A stretch of 64,000 nucleotides of DNA from the human T2T-CHM13v2.0 reference genome, Homo sapiens, in assembly GCF_009914755.1 (NCBI RefSeq), contig NC_060925.1, one strand, 5' to 3'. Under the pieces are notes generated by a model that was not told the origin of the DNA, ran no database searches, and saw nothing but the letters and a program-made list of their open reading frames with translations. A program made the position numbers and the translations under genes. Below, piece after piece: positions 28,596-43,370 of this stretch; within the stretch, counting starts at the first letter, position 1, and each line of letters starts with the position of its first letter.

Positions 28596-30225
28596 GTGAG
28601 GGGGCTCCGGGGAGGGTGCTACCTGTGGTGGCGGTTGGGGGGGCATGTTTGAGCGGATGGGATGCACAGCCGTCCTGGACCCAGAGCTGGCGGGCTAGGC
28701 CGATTTGGGGGCCTTTCTCTTAGGGAGGGTAACTCTCCCTTCTGAGTCTATAATTCCGCGGGCTCCTGCCCAGAACTGCTCAAGAGCAACTGCAAAGTTT
28801 GAGCGGTATTGCCTCACCTCCCCCTTCCCACCTGCAGACTCCCCCATCCTTACCCGCCTAGGACTGGATTGAGTTACTTCCCGGATCCCTCCTCCAGAGG
28901 AGAAGCCGGCAAGTGAGCTCAGCCTGGGCACCTGGTCGTTTAGAATCGGTTTAAGGAAGCTCTGGTGTTATTTACCTGCTGGGCTCCCAGGGAGAGGTGC
29001 TTTCAGGAAGGTCTTTTAAAAGAGGAATGCCTGCTTCCTAATTGAAGAAAAGAATCCAGATTTTTTTTTTTTAAACTCCAGGTAACCGGGTCTAGGTGTC
29101 AGAGTCACTTCCTAAATGGCTAATTTGCCAGACTCCTCTGCATGTGCCAGTCACTGAAGGGAGTGGTGAAAGCTACCCATTTGCTAGTTTTGTGGCTTAA
29201 TGTTAAGTTTCAGCATCTAGTAGGGAACTGTTGCTGAAGAATTTAGCAGAGATGACTGGAATTTCAGCGCTGAGGTCGGAGCCCCAGGTCCACCGTTGGG
29301 GGAGGGGTGGAGCAGAAGCCTCGGCCCTGGACCATCAGGTGTGAGCAAGGCTGACTCCCTGTGATGCACCTCCCTGAGTGAGGAGTTCTGGCTTCTGAAA
29401 CTGCAGTGGCGGTTCCCACTGCCCATCAGCAGGAAAGAGTGCTTTTTCTGTGGAACAGTGTTCTGCTCTTCCTTCAAGCCACTTGACCTCCTCTGTGACG
29501 TAGAGAGACCCAGGGACTTTCGGCACCTACAGTGTGCCTGTAGGTGGAAAAGTATTGTCCCTCTAAGTAGGCTGGGTCTTGCTGGTTTTGAAAACGTTGT
29601 ACTTTGGATGTGGCGACAGTTTGACTCTTTGTTCTCTTTCTCTTTCTTGATGGTGTACGTGCAGGCTGTTAGCATCTCACGAAAGGATTATTCCATCAGG
29701 TGTCTTCTTCCTTCAATTCACACATTTTTCGAGTATCTGACATGTGCCCAGTGTGGTCAGTTTCTTTAGATTTTTTTCTTTCTCATGTATATGGGTGAAT
29801 TGGTGAAGCTCACCTTTTTTTCCCCCTGAATAACCTTATCCCAGCCATATTTGCTGGAGCTAGGAGAACTGCCCCGCTTAGTCCCCCGAAACATTAAACC
29901 CTGCCGTGGAATGCAGAGCTGAATTACTGGGTATGGCTGGGACAGAGTGGGGCTGCAGCCAAGATCTTATCTTAGTTCTCTCATCTCTCAGAATAGACCT
30001 GGTCGGTGGGTCTAAGATGGGATGCTTGGGTTAATTTTTGCCCAGGCCTGTTGATTTGGTGAGCAGAGGTTTTTATTTTAAAGTATGAGTTTTCATCAGG
30101 GTCATGATTTAATTTTCTTGGACATACATAAACTGGGAAATTGGCTTGTGTTTTGTTTGGTTCAGCAGTACCCTATTTTACAAGTAAGAGGGTAAGAAGG
30201 GAGATAAGATTTAAAGTGTTTTTAA

Positions 30226-30372
30226 GGCTAAGCATGGTGGCTATTGCCTGTAATTCCAGCACTTTGGGAGGCCAAAGTGGGAGGATCGCCTGAGCCCAGG
30301 AGTTAGAGACTGCAGTGAGTTATGATTGCACCACTGCACTCCACCCTGGGTGACAGAATGAGACCCTGTCTC
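30226..30372 (+). mobile_element. Alu monomer (FLAM-like)
   Basis: Single monomer; TSD-like aaagtgt(a)ttttaa at ~30213 and 30427. Confidence 0.85.

Positions 30373-30427
<55 letters not shown>
30373..30427. repeat. (AGAT)13 tetranucleotide STR
   Basis: Perfect repeat replacing the Alu monomer tail. Confidence 0.97.
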
Positions 30428-30489
30428 AAGTGTATTTTAAGCCTTTTTATTTTATCACAGTTCAGTCCTCTGCATTTGGTCCCTAAAAC

Positions 30490-30655
30490 CTAGTGTGCAT
30501 AAGAATAATCAGGTGAGGGGGTTAACAAGTTTGAGTCTTGCCACACCCCAATTTTAATTTGATACATCTTGGGGGAGCCCAGGACTATGTACCTTTAACG
30601 AGCATTCCAGTTGATTTAATGCAGGTGATTGTGGCCAGACTTTGAGAAATATTGG
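30490..30655. mobile_element. MER5-like (hAT-Charlie) fragment
   Basis: gcataagaataatcaggtgag…tttaacgagcattccagttgatttaatgcagg…actttgagaaatattgg. Confidence 0.55.
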
Positions 30656-31767
30656 GCTTGAGGGTTGCCTCCAATTTGCTGGATCTTACTCTCCCTTTCC
30701 CAAATGTACTGTTTCTTTTCTAAGCAAATGTCTGGGGGCTGTGTGATGTAGTTCCTATAGTAACTTCCCTGGATTCACAGGCAGTGGTGGTCAGTGAAAG
30801 GAGAGGGAGCCGCAGTTGGTTCAAGCTGTTTTCCCCATGCAAATGAGAAATAGGGGACCAAGGATCCTTCTTTGAGAGAGGTGAGGCAGAGAAGAAAGGA
30901 CAAAAGCATACGGTAAGGGGAGTGGTGGAACTTCTTTGGGCAAAGGCTGACTTTGAGGACCAGGTCCTAACTCCCAGATCTTTGTAATTGATGCTGCACC
31001 CTGGCACATTCAAACACCATGTTAGTCAAGACCTAAGCAGAGGTGGAAGCACGAGCTTTTCTGTCCTACATGCTCCTGGTAAGAGCCTTCTCTGGCTGTT
31101 TTCCACATCCCTGCAGAGCAGTGTCTATGCAACTGCACAATCACTGGGATTTCAGGGTTAAATCCACATCGCAGTCTTCCCTTGTTTTGGAAAAATGCAG
31201 GCTGGAAAATGCAAATGTATTATTGTTGCCTTGTCGGGTACCCTTGGAAAATGAGTGCAGCTCTTTCTCTCCCAAGGGCTGGCAGTTTTTCAGAATCAAC
31301 ATTGGATTGAGTGTTCCTTTGGAAGTATGCCACTCATTTTCAGGGTTCTGCAGAGATTGAAAGGTGTGGGGTTAGGATCGAAGGGCATCTGGGTGGCAGA
31401 GGTTCTGTGCACTTAAAAACCCATGCATTTAGTTATCAAGTGCAATCCCAGATTTTTTTCACCTGCAGTACCTCATTTAATTCTCACTACTTCCCTAGGA
31501 GATGGGTCTCCTTATGTCTATTTTATAAACGAGGACATAGGCTCAGGGAGGTTGTTGCGTGCCTTAGTGCTCACAGTTGTGTATGACAAAGCCAAGATTT
31601 AAGCCTGGGGCTTTGACTTCAGACTCCCAAATCCAGTGCCTTTTCATTCAATAATTTTTATGGAATATTCACTCTATGTTGGCCACGGGTTTGAGTCACA
31701 GCTCTCTAGTGGAGTGTTCTCAGGTTGCTGGCCTCTAGAACTCTGGTACAGGAAATTATTCAAACAT

Positions 31768-32072
<305 letters not shown>

Positions 32073-32904
32073 CAAACTTTTAATGCTTGGCTGTTTCCAG
32101 ATTTCCCTTTGGGCTGAGAGCTGCTTGCCAGGGAAACCTGTTGTCTGTGTTCAGAGTGGGTACCTGGCTTACTGACTGATGCTGGTGGGTGGGTAAATCT
32201 CACATGCCCTGAGAGCCTGTGGCTCCTTAGTACCTGCCTCCTGATCTCCCAGTATGTCTTCCTGGTGGCCAGTGCCATCAACTGACTGTCTCTCCTCTCT
32301 TGGTGAGAAAGAGACTTTTAATGCTATGGGTACAAAGGATAATAAGAGTATTAATAATAGTTATATCTTATATCTGTAGGTGATTTTTGATTTGCATTGG
32401 ACTTCTACATACAAAGACTTTTCCTCTTATAGAGACAGGCACAGGCACATTAGTGTTATCTCGATTTTTCAGACCAAAAAATGGAGATCAGAGAGATTAA
32501 TTTGTCCAGAGTTGCAAATTGGTGTATCAGTTAATGATATTTATTGAGCACTTACTATGTGCCATACATTATTCTAGCCTCTGCCTCACTTAATCCTCAC
32601 ACTCCAGGGCTTTTGACTCCAGGTCCATGGTTCTTTCACCTCCTCCAAGGCTCACTCAAACCTGAAGTATTAATAGTTGCTCCCTTTGTAGTCCTAACAC
32701 TCATTGCCTAGATTGTTCCCTTATATCTGCGTGTATGATACAGATGGTCAGAACTGGAAAGCACCATGGCTCATCTAGTACAACCCCCTCACCCCATCAT
32801 TGTACAGATGAGGAAATTGAAGTTTGGAGGGGAAGTCATGGACCCAAGGTCACATAGTCAGATAATAACAGAACCAGGACTTATCCCTGGTTCCCTGGCT
32901 TCAA

Positions 32905-33420
32905 ACTGGTTTCAGTTATCCATCACTTCAAAACAAACGACCTCAAGACTCAGTAGCTTGAAACAATAACTGTTTAATTTGCTTATGAATCATGGCTCAG
33001 GAATTCAGGCAGGGCTTGGCTGGGCTGTTCTTCTGTTGCTTATGGCGTTGACTGGATCACTCACTTTGCTGCATTCATCCACAGCTAGGCTGGAATGTTC
33101 AAGAAGGCTTCACTCATATGACTGTGCCTTGGTCGTCCTTCATGTGACTATTCTCTTCACTGGCTGGCTTGGATTTCCTCACAGCATGGTGGCCCTTTTG
33201 TTTGGCAGCTGGTTTTCAGTAGGGGGTGTTCCAAGCAGGAAAGCAGAAGCTCTTAAGGTTGGGTCTTTCTGAGTTACATAGGGTCACTTCTGCCACATCC
33301 TGTTGGTCAAAACAGGCTATTAGGGAAGAGACATAAGCCCTACTTCTTGATGGGGGAATGTCAAGTTCACATTGCAAGATTGCACGTGGGATGAGAGATA
33401 TTGCTGAAGCTGTTTACCAC
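32905..33420 (-). mobile_element. Old MLT1 LTR
   Basis: 'aaacgacctcaagactcagtagcttgaaacaataac…ggaattcaggcagggcttggctggg…gtcacttctgccacatcctgttggtc'. Confidence 0.75.
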
Positions 33421-34749
33421 ACAAAATTCTGTTTTTTCCTCTCTGCATATATCTTCTCTGGTGATATGGAATGTTCTTTGAGGACCTTGCCTCATGCCTT
33501 GGTGTATCTCCCCCTCCCAAGCCTCAACATCAGGTACAAACATAGTCACAATGAAAAATTGTCAAGTGGAAGAAATGACCAATTGTGGAAAGTCTGAAAG
33601 CAGTAAATATCATTGCTGAGTGATTTTGTGGCTTGGGAGCATGTGGTCAGATTGAAGCTGAATTCTCTGGCTATATTTCCTTCCTTGCTACCTGGCTTCA
33701 TTGGTTGATGGTTTCCCTGATGTGGATTTTAGAGATTCCAGTAACCTCAGCAGGATATCTGTGGATGCCTCTTAAACATACGGCCATGAAGGCCTCCAGA
33801 TGAATGACATTTGGTCACCGTAAATGGGGTATCCCTGACTCGTCTGAGCCTGCATGGCATGGTACAGAGCTCTCAGAACCATTCCACTATACACTGGGTG
33901 TTTATGTCCCCTTTCTCCCTTCTCTCCACCCAGACTAAGGGTCCTGTCTTCCAGGGTTCTGGAACAGTAGCAATTCAGATTAAGGGTCTGATGTATTTTC
34001 TGATGTCATCATTAAGGAGGAGACGTAGTTCACTTTCTTATGCTTTTCCAGATGCTTTTAAAAACACTTATCTTCTGCCCAGACTACTTTTTTTTTTTGG
34101 TGGGGGGCAGTGAGTTCCAAAGATACAGTACTGCTCTGAAATGACACCTATTTTATTTGTCCTTACATTGCTCTCAGATGTCCCAGTATGTTCCTCCACA
34201 CCTGGTATCTTGGGATTTGATGGACAAATCTATTTCCACGTTAGCTGTACATTTCATGATTTTATGGCTTTCAGTCGTAGTTCCTTTGCCCACAATGTCC
34301 CAGTCCTTTTTAGTGGTCAAAATCATGCAGCCACATCTAATGATGACCTTTGCCAGTTATCTATACTAATCAGGCTTGACTCACTGTTTACTATTGCCTA
34401 CTCATAATGCAGCTACTCCCAAGACTCAAACTTTCAGAATGCTTTCGCTGGCTATAATTACCTGCCTTCCCTTTATACCTTTGTTGCCTTGAGGATGCTC
34501 TTAGCTCCTCAGTGACCTTTTTGCTGCCCTTGTCCTGCTGTCTACCCTCCCCAGCAGCCTGGGACCATGCCCATGGCCGTTCCTTCCTGCCTTTTTGCCC
34601 TACCCTGCAAACTTGATCTTTGCTACTTTTCTTCTTCCTTTCTGTTTTTGGAAAAGACGATTTATATATTTTCTTTGGAGAATGTCTATTCTGATCCTTT
34701 GCTCATTTAAAAGTTGGATTGGCTTTTTACTATTGAGTTCCCTCCTTTC

Positions 34750-35925
34750 TAATAGTTTTATTGAGATGTAGTTCACATACCATACAATTCACTAATTTAA
34801 AATGTATAATTTAGTGATTTTTAAGATATTACAGATCTGTACTACCAGCACCACAGTCAATTTTAGAACATTTTCATCACATTAAAAAGAAACACTAGGC
34901 TGGGCGCGGTGGCTCACTGCTGTAATCCCAGCATTTTGGGAGGCCAAGGCGGGTGGATCACTTGAGGTCAGGAGTTCAAGACTAGCCTGGCCATCATGGT
35001 GAAACCCCATCTCTACTAAAAATACAAAATTAGCTGGGCATGATGGCACACACCTGTAATCCTTACCCCCTGCGTCTTCCCAGACCTGAACAGCCACTAA
35101 TCTACTTGCTGTCTCTAGATTTGCCTATTCGGGACATTTCATATTTATGGAATTATACAATATGTGGTCTTTTGTGTCTGACTTCTTTGCCTTAGTGTTG
35201 TGTTTCAGGGTTCATCTATAATTTATCAGTACTTAATTCCTTTATATGGCTGGATAATATATCATTGTATGGATATACCACATTTGGTTTGTTCATTCAT
35301 CAGCTGAGGCACATTTAGGTTGTTTCCATTTTTGCCTCTTAAAAATAATGCTATAAACATTCATGTACAAGTTTTTGTGCAGGCATGTTTTTATTTTTAT
35401 TTTTTAAAATTTATCTTGGGTAAAAGTAAAATGGCTGGGTCCCATGGTAACCATGTGTGACCATTTGTGGGACTTCCAATGTGGCTGCATCGTTTTACCT
35501 TTCCACCAGCAGTGTGTTCATATCTTCACCAATGCTTGTTGTCTGACTTTTTGATTCTAGCCATCCTCCTGGGTGTGAAGTGGGATTTCATCATAGTTTT
35601 GATTTGCATTTCCCTTTTGAACAACATAGAATGTCTCCTCATTCCCTAGGAAGCAGACTCAGAGAAAAAAAAAAAGACCATCTTTTCATGTGTTTTTTGG
35701 CCATTTATATATTTTCTTTGGAGAAATGTCTATTCTGATCCTTTGCCCATTTAAAAGTTGGATTGGCTTTTTTACTATTGAGTTGTAAGAGTTCTTTATA
35801 TATTCTGGATTCAAATCCCTTATATAGATTTGCAATATTTTTACCCATTCTGTGGTCTTTTCACTTTCTTGGTATTGTCCTTTGAAACACAAAGTTTTAA
35901 ATTTTGGTGAAGTCCAATTTTTTTT
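34750..35925 (-). mobile_element. L1MB 3' fragment containing a 3'-truncated sense Alu (34898-35062)
   Basis: 'ttttattgagatgtagttcacataccatacaattc…ttgatttgcatttccc…ggagaaatgtctattc'. The Alu breaks off at cacctgtaatcc. Confidence 0.85.
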
Positions 35926-36049
35926 CTTTTTCCCTCATTTTGAGATCCATCTGCCTTCCATGTCCTGTTAGTCTGCCCTTGTCCTCTTAATTATGCCCTT
36001 CACTCCCCACCCCCACCCTGGCACAGTTACATCTCCTGGGCACTGGCTT

Positions 36050-37325
36050 ACTCCTCCCTGCCTAAGAGTATGCTATGGCCTTCCCTGTATGAAATACCTC
36101 TTCTTTCCACCTCTTTCTTTAATTAACATGTTGTCTTTCTCCTCCTTTCACAGCTAAGCCTTGTGAGAGAGTACTCCACCCTCTGCAGTATCTCAGTCTT
36201 CATTCAGTCCCTGGCCACTTCCTTCCAACTTCTGTCCTGGCTGCTGTACTGAAATTGCTCTGCTGCCCTCTTCTCTATCCTCATCCTTTTTGACTTTTCT
36301 TCCTGAGCTGCCTGTCCTAGTCCTCTGTGGAATGCCTCATTGGGCTCTCTGTGCCTGCTTGCAGTCAGCCAGCCCCTTGCCCCTGCCCATACCTCCTTCT
36401 TTTGTGGCTGTTCTACCTCCTCCCTTTGCCCTCTACTGTGAGTGCTCCATTCCCTCTCCTTTGGATTCTATCTACTCCCACTCTTCTGTTATGCAGGCTG
36501 CTGGCTCTCTACTTCAGTCCAGACTCCACATCTTTATGCGCAGCTTCCTGCTGGTCATCTGTACCTGAATGTGTTGCTGTCCCTATCACTCAACAAGCTG
36601 GAAATCAAATTTCTCTTCTGACTTCATTGTCTTTTAACGACCCCACCATCCTCTTGGGCACATGGGCCTGACACTTTAAAGTACCCCTTGTATTCTTTGA
36701 TTTAACAGCCAACTCAAATTTGCTGTTTACTGGGTACCTATGATGTCCAGGCTCTACTCTCCTGTACCCCACATCAAGTTAGGTGCCAAATCCTCTTGAA
36801 TGTTCCCAGTGACATCCATCCACCCACCCTGGCTGGTCCATCACCCGTTCAGATGCTCCACCCCCTCCCCTGTTATCAGGGCCATCAATAACCTTCTGAA
36901 GGCCTCCAGTGTCCCACTTGTTCTCTGATCCCCCTCATCCCTTAAACTTTTGCCCTATCAATTTTCTTGAAATGGTTATCCTCCCACTCAAAAACATGAA
37001 AAGTTTCTGTACCTACTATATTAGAACCAAAATTCTTAGTATGATATTCAAGGCTGTTTTTGAACAATTCCCTTTAATCACCCTGGGCTTCAACCCAACT
37101 GTAGTACCCACCATTCCCTTAACCCTCACTGCAGTTTCCCACCCAGTTCACAAGTCACTCTGTGAAGTGGATGTTACCAGTCCCACCTGCTTTGTATTAG
37201 AGCTGCTTGTCCTGTCCAATTTTCATCCCTACATTGTCATTGTCAGGGTCCATGTCACTCTGCCCCCGTGTCTTCCACAGCCCTGAGTACAGTGCCTTGC
37301 ACATAGAAAATGTATTTTGAATGAA
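36050..37325. mobile_element. L2 fragments
   Basis: C/T-rich L2-like body ending 'agtacagtgccttgcacatagaaaatgtattttgaatgaa'. Confidence 0.55.
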
Positions 37326-37784
37326 AGAGATGATCCCTATAAGATGGCCAGGACCCTCCTGGGTCACCCAATGGTGAGAGGTGCCTTAATTGACTCTCCA
37401 CTCCTCCCCACCATTTCTCTTGCTTTAGTCTAGTAACTTCCGGTTCCCAGTGGCTTGAGGGACCCCCCAGCATGGCCTCTTTCTGATACCCCCAATCTCA
37501 CACAGTGCTGATTCCTTCCAATGAAAATACCAAGTAAGCATTTTTTTTTCCTGAATTAAATAAAATTCCACTGATGGATGTCCAGTGGAATTAGAATCTG
37601 AATATAGAACATATGGCCAATTTCAGGAGTAGGTAATTGTCATTTCTCAATTGTCATTTATGTAAGAAACATTTTCAACTTGTTTTCTCATTAATGAATT
37701 GATGTCTTTTTTTTTTCCTAATTCATGGTTTATTTTCTGTAATTTGCTACTTTGCAATTTTTATGACATGAATTTGGTTGGTAG

Positions 37785-38030
37785 CATAGCGTGGCATGAA
37801 TTCAGGAGCCAAACTGTGTTTGGGTTCAAATCCTGGCTCTATCCCTCACTTGCTACTTGACTTTGTGTGAGTTATGTAACATCTTTCCTTTAGCGTTCTC
37901 ATTTGTAAAAAGAGGATACAAATATCTCATACTTCGTAGGGTTAATGGGAGGATTGAATCAGTAGTACCTGTAAATGGCCTAGCACCGTGCATGACACAG
38001 AGTTGGCTGCTGTTTTTATTATTGTTATTA
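37785..38030. mobile_element. MIR
   Basis: tgggttcaaatcctggctctat…tctcatttgtaaaa. Confidence 0.8.
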
Positions 38031-39109
38031 AGTCCTACAAGTTGCAATTTAGTTTCATCTGTGCATGGTTTTAATCTATAGAATATTCAGACACTCTGTT
38101 CTTTTATAAGTCAGAGGCCTAGTCATGTATTATCTTCATTATACATGCCTGCTTAAAAAATCTAGCTGCAGCTACTCTGATTCCTAAAGTTGCAAATCAG
38201 ACAGCATGACTACTTTGTGGGCTTAAAATAGCTGTCAGCCTCTTTGGGAAGGAATAAAAAGGGGTTAACTAGGTTCTGGTGCATGCCACCATCACATTTG
38301 TTCCAGCCCTTTAATCCTTGTCAGGATTAAAAATCACAGAATCTTAAATACGGTATTGTCTGTCTTGTCTTTCTCTGAATTTCTTGGATAAATATTTCTT
38401 GAAGCAGAGGTAATCTAAGCAGAAGGAATCTTCTATCATGGGATTAATTAATACCTTGTGATGCTTACATTTCCCTTTACAATTTTTATATTCAGCATCA
38501 TGTTTCCTTTTAAGCACTGGAGCAGTTGGCTTTAAAAGTTATTTAAAATGGCACTTCCAGCAAGTTCAGTGCCCAGAGGGTGCTGGAACACTTTAGAATT
38601 CCTACTCTGTTAGTTAGAAAACTAACCCCTGTTAGTTTTCTCTAGTGAGGCTTCTGTGTCTTACCCCTTTATGGTCCATCCATGAAAACTGAGGAGAGTG
38701 GCTACCCCCATTTATTCTTGAAACGAAGTGCTTTCCAGGGGGAACTTGTTTAAATGAGCAGCGTTGAGTATTGAATAAGACCTGGGAATCCCTACCAAGG
38801 GGCCTGCCCTTGGGAGTAAGGGGGTGACCAAGAAGGGAGCACTCCCCTAATCCCACAGCACCCTGTAACATTCTGAATTCCCTTGGCATGTGAGTGTGTT
38901 GGGGAGAGAGAAAGGAGACAGGAAGGAGAACATGAGAAGTGCTGTTTGCATGCTTGCAGAATTATCATGCATCCCATGTTCTGTGCTTTTCTTCCCTGCT
39001 ACTTCTGTGTGTGCATTGCTTGTCTCCTTAATTAGGCTACAAGCACCTCAGAGGTCAAGGGGACTCCCTAACTTACTTGCCTCATGCTAGCCACATCATA
39101 GAAAGATAA

Positions 39110-39520
39110 CATTATAATTACTGTCATTTAGAAAGCGCTTACTGTGTTCCAGGCACTGTGCCAAGCTCTTTCTATGAAACGATTAATTTAATTCTCCCAA
39201 CAACCATGCTAGTTAAGGTATTATCATTATTTGTATCTTATAGATGGAGAAGCCAAGGCATAGAGAGGCAGAGTAACTTGCTCATGGTCTACATCTAGTA
39301 GTGGGTAGATCCCAGAGTCAAACACAGGTAGTGTGGCTCAGGGTGTCTCCATTGTTAACTCTTGTGCTGTATGTCATTCAAAATACCAAGAGCTAATGTT
39401 TATCAAGTGCTCACTGTGTTCTGTGCATTGTTCTAAGCATTTTACATGTATTAACTAATTTAATCTTTACAGTGGCCCCTATCCCATGGGGATAGGTTTT
39501 ATTGTTCCAGTTTTTCAGAG
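39110..39520. mobile_element. Two MIR fragments
   Basis: gcttactgtgttccaggcactgtgccaagc…tagatggagaagccaaggcatagagag. Confidence 0.7.
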
Positions 39521-39857
39521 GAGGGTCTTTTAGGTTGGATTGAATAGGCAAATGGTCTGTTAAAGGTGACCTTAGTCCTTTCCATTGTGGCTATGTCCGG
39601 GACCCAGGTCTGCTGTTCTGTGCCATTGGGCAACGGGTCACCTGTAAAGACTTTTCTGGACCATGTTGATGTTGTCCAGATAAAGAAATGAGGCATCAGT
39701 GAGTAGGTGGAAATGCTGGAGAATGGGAAGGAGAGGAGCTCTGGGAGGCCCTTCCTGGAGGGTGTTATTCTTGGCTGGGCTCTTGCCTGTGCATTTCCTG
39801 TCCAGTGTGGCATTTCACTCCTTTCAATGCCCATGCCCTTTTCCTTGCCTTTCCCAG

Positions 39858-41056
<1,199 letters not shown>

Positions 41057-41425
41057 CCCACCTCTATTTTTGAGGACAAGTTCTCTCCACCCAGAGGCCC
41101 CATGGTGCCTCTGGTAGAGTACAAAACGCTGAAAAGGTCATTCCCAGAGATGTTGCCTTTTGGATTGGAAATCTCAGTCCACCATGCACAATGGAAAAGC
41201 TCCTTGGTTGTGTCCTTTTTTTCTATCTTGACTGTAAACTCTTTGCTTTTTCTTTTGGTTTCTTTGGGTGGGAAGAAGCACTCATGTAGAAGCATTTTAT
41301 TGTTCTGCGGAGAGGAAGATTCATGTCTCCTGTGGGCCAAGTGACAGATAACATATTATCTTGAGTCCATGCTATTTTCCATAAACACACATAGCCTCCA
41401 CTGTAACTACATTTTCAAATTGGCA

Positions 41426-41554
41426 ATTTTTTTATTTGGAGACAGGGTCTCACTATATTGCCCAGTCTGGTCTCAAACTCCTGGGCTCAAGCAATCCTCC
41501 TGCCCTGGCCTCCCAAAGTGCTAGGATTACAGGTGTGAGCCACTGTGCCTGGCC
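41426..41554 (-). mobile_element. Alu monomer (FLAM-like)
   Basis: TSD tcaaattggc at 41415 and 41555. Confidence 0.88.
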
Positions 41555-41759
41555 TCAAATTGGCTCTTTAATGTGGCTAGATTTCTTAAATTTGGCAGCC
41601 CAGGTTAAACAGACTATATTCTGGGCACCTGTATCCAAAATATGATTGAAATTTTACCTTTCCTCAAAGTCACGTAAATGCATTTTTTTCCTCCAGATAA
41701 GCATTTTGCAGCTTCCACAGATGAAGGAAATCACCTGCAAATTCCTTTGATTAATTACA

Positions 41760-42045
41760 GCAGGTGTTTTCAGTCTTTGGAGTAATCAGAATCACCTGAA
41801 AACTAATAAAAATACAGAGGCGCAGGCTTATTGAAGTAGCATAGGGCCTGAGTGTCTTTACCAAGTTTTCCACCATGTGATTCTGATGAACACTTCAGTT
41901 TGAGACCCACGGCATTAGAGCACTGGTTCTTAAACTCAGCTGCTCATTGGAATCTCTGTGGAGTTATAAAAACAAAATAATAGCTAAGTACTCCTAGTGA
42001 TTTTGATTCAGTTATTATGCAGTGCAACCTGGGCATTGTGATTTT
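41760..42045. mobile_element. Two adjacent MER5-like elements
   Basis: 'atcagaatcacctg…tgattctgatgaacacttcagtttgagacccac' and 'cactggttcttaaactcagctgctcattggaatc'. Confidence 0.65.
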
Positions 42046-43370
42046 TCTATCTTCTGTGTCTTTGCTGAGACTTTTGACTTTTTAATTGGTTTCAAGCATA
42101 TTCATAATTGCTTGTTGAAGCATTCTTAGGACTGCTTTAAGACCCATGTCAGGTAATTCTAATATTATCTGTCATCTTCGCGTTGGCTTCTGTTGATTGT
42201 CTTTTCTCATTCATGTTGAGATTTTCTTGGTTCTTGGAGTGTTGAATGATTTTTGATTGAAACCTGGACATTTTGGATATTATGTTATGAGCTTTGGATC
42301 TTATTTAGATCTCCTGTTCTAGCAGGAGAGCCTCACTACTCTCAGGTGGTGGTAGAAGTCTAGGTTATCCACTAGGCCTCAGCTGATACCACCCTGGTTG
42401 GAAAGGGCAGGGGCAACTCATTACTGATTCCACATGACAACCACTAATGCTGGCCTTAGTACCACTGGGGTGGTGGCAAAAGTTCAAGGTCTCCACTTGG
42501 TCTCCTCTGACACCCCAGCAAGGAGGTGGAGGAGGCCTTGTGTTGCCAGGTGAGGTGGATGTTCCAGCTTCCCATTTGGTGTTGCCACTATCAGGAGGGA
42601 GGTAAGACTGGAACATCTTATTACAGCCTGATGAAGGAGAAGTCCAGTTTCCCCACTCGGTTGGTGAGATTGGGCCACAGTTTTTTTCTCTTCTCTTTTT
42701 CTTCTTTTTTGAGACAGGGTCTCACCCTGTCACCTGTGCTGGAGTGCAGTGGCATGATCATGGCTCACTGATGAAGCCTCAACCTCCCAGGCTCAAGTGA
42801 TATTCCTGCCTCAGCCTCCCTGGTAGCTGAGACTACAGGTGGCCTGGCTAAATTTTGGATTTTTTGTAGAGTTTTGCCATGTTGCTCAGGCTGGTCTGGA
42901 ACTCCTGGGCTCAAGTGATCCACCTGCTTCAGACTCCCAAAGTGCTAGATTACAGATGTGAGCCTCTGTACCCAGCCCATAGTGTTTTCTATGGTATTTT
43001 TCTGGAGTGGAGCTGTTGCTGTTGAAAAATTTTTATTGTCATACTGTGCTGCCCCTTTCCTGGTCATTTGGTTAGAGAGAACAGGCTTTCTTGGGACCTT
43101 TTTTGTTTTGTCAGTGTCTATTGGTGTTTCCAGGTCTCCAGCTTCTCCAGCAACCAGTCTGGGAGATGTGAGGCAAAAAGAAAATGCAGGGAACTTGCTG
43201 CTATGCCATCTCTTGGGTGCTGAGGTCCCCAGCTTGTCTGTCTTCTCTCCATCTTTCAGATTCTTCTCCTGCTTGTTTTATGTATAATGTCTGGAGTTTT
43301 TAGTTCTATTTCAGAGGAATAGGGGAAGGTATATCTAGTTCATTTTTGTGGAAGTGGGAATTCTCCATAT
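42046..43370 (-). mobile_element. Old L1M 5'/ORF1 fragment with an AluJ insertion (42682-42978)
   Basis: 'ttgagattttcttggttcttggagtgttgaatgatttttgattgaaacctggacattttgg' is L1M-like; reverse Alu inside. Confidence 0.65.

Larger units (their letters stand above)
27730..28720 (+). promoter_or_regulatory. NOS1AP: CpG-island promoter and 5'UTR of NOS1AP with GC boxes
   Basis: Very high GC and CpG density against a CpG-depleted background. Sp/KLF-type boxes (ggggcgg ~27938, gggcgggg ~27956, cccgcccc ~27995). No obvious TATA box. The exact TSS cannot be read from sequence. Confidence 0.92.

Noticed and set aside
27795-28667. 290-aa antisense ORF and other long ORFs across the CpG island
   Set aside because: Low-complexity Arg/Ala/Gly/Pro translations are expected from stop-poor GC-rich DNA. 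No recognisable domain.
29263-29283. RE1/NRSE-like 21-mer TTCAGCGCTGAGGTCGGAGCC in intron 1
   Set aside because: Four mismatches at conserved core positions of TTCAGCACCnnGGACAGnGCC; too weak without REST ChIP data.
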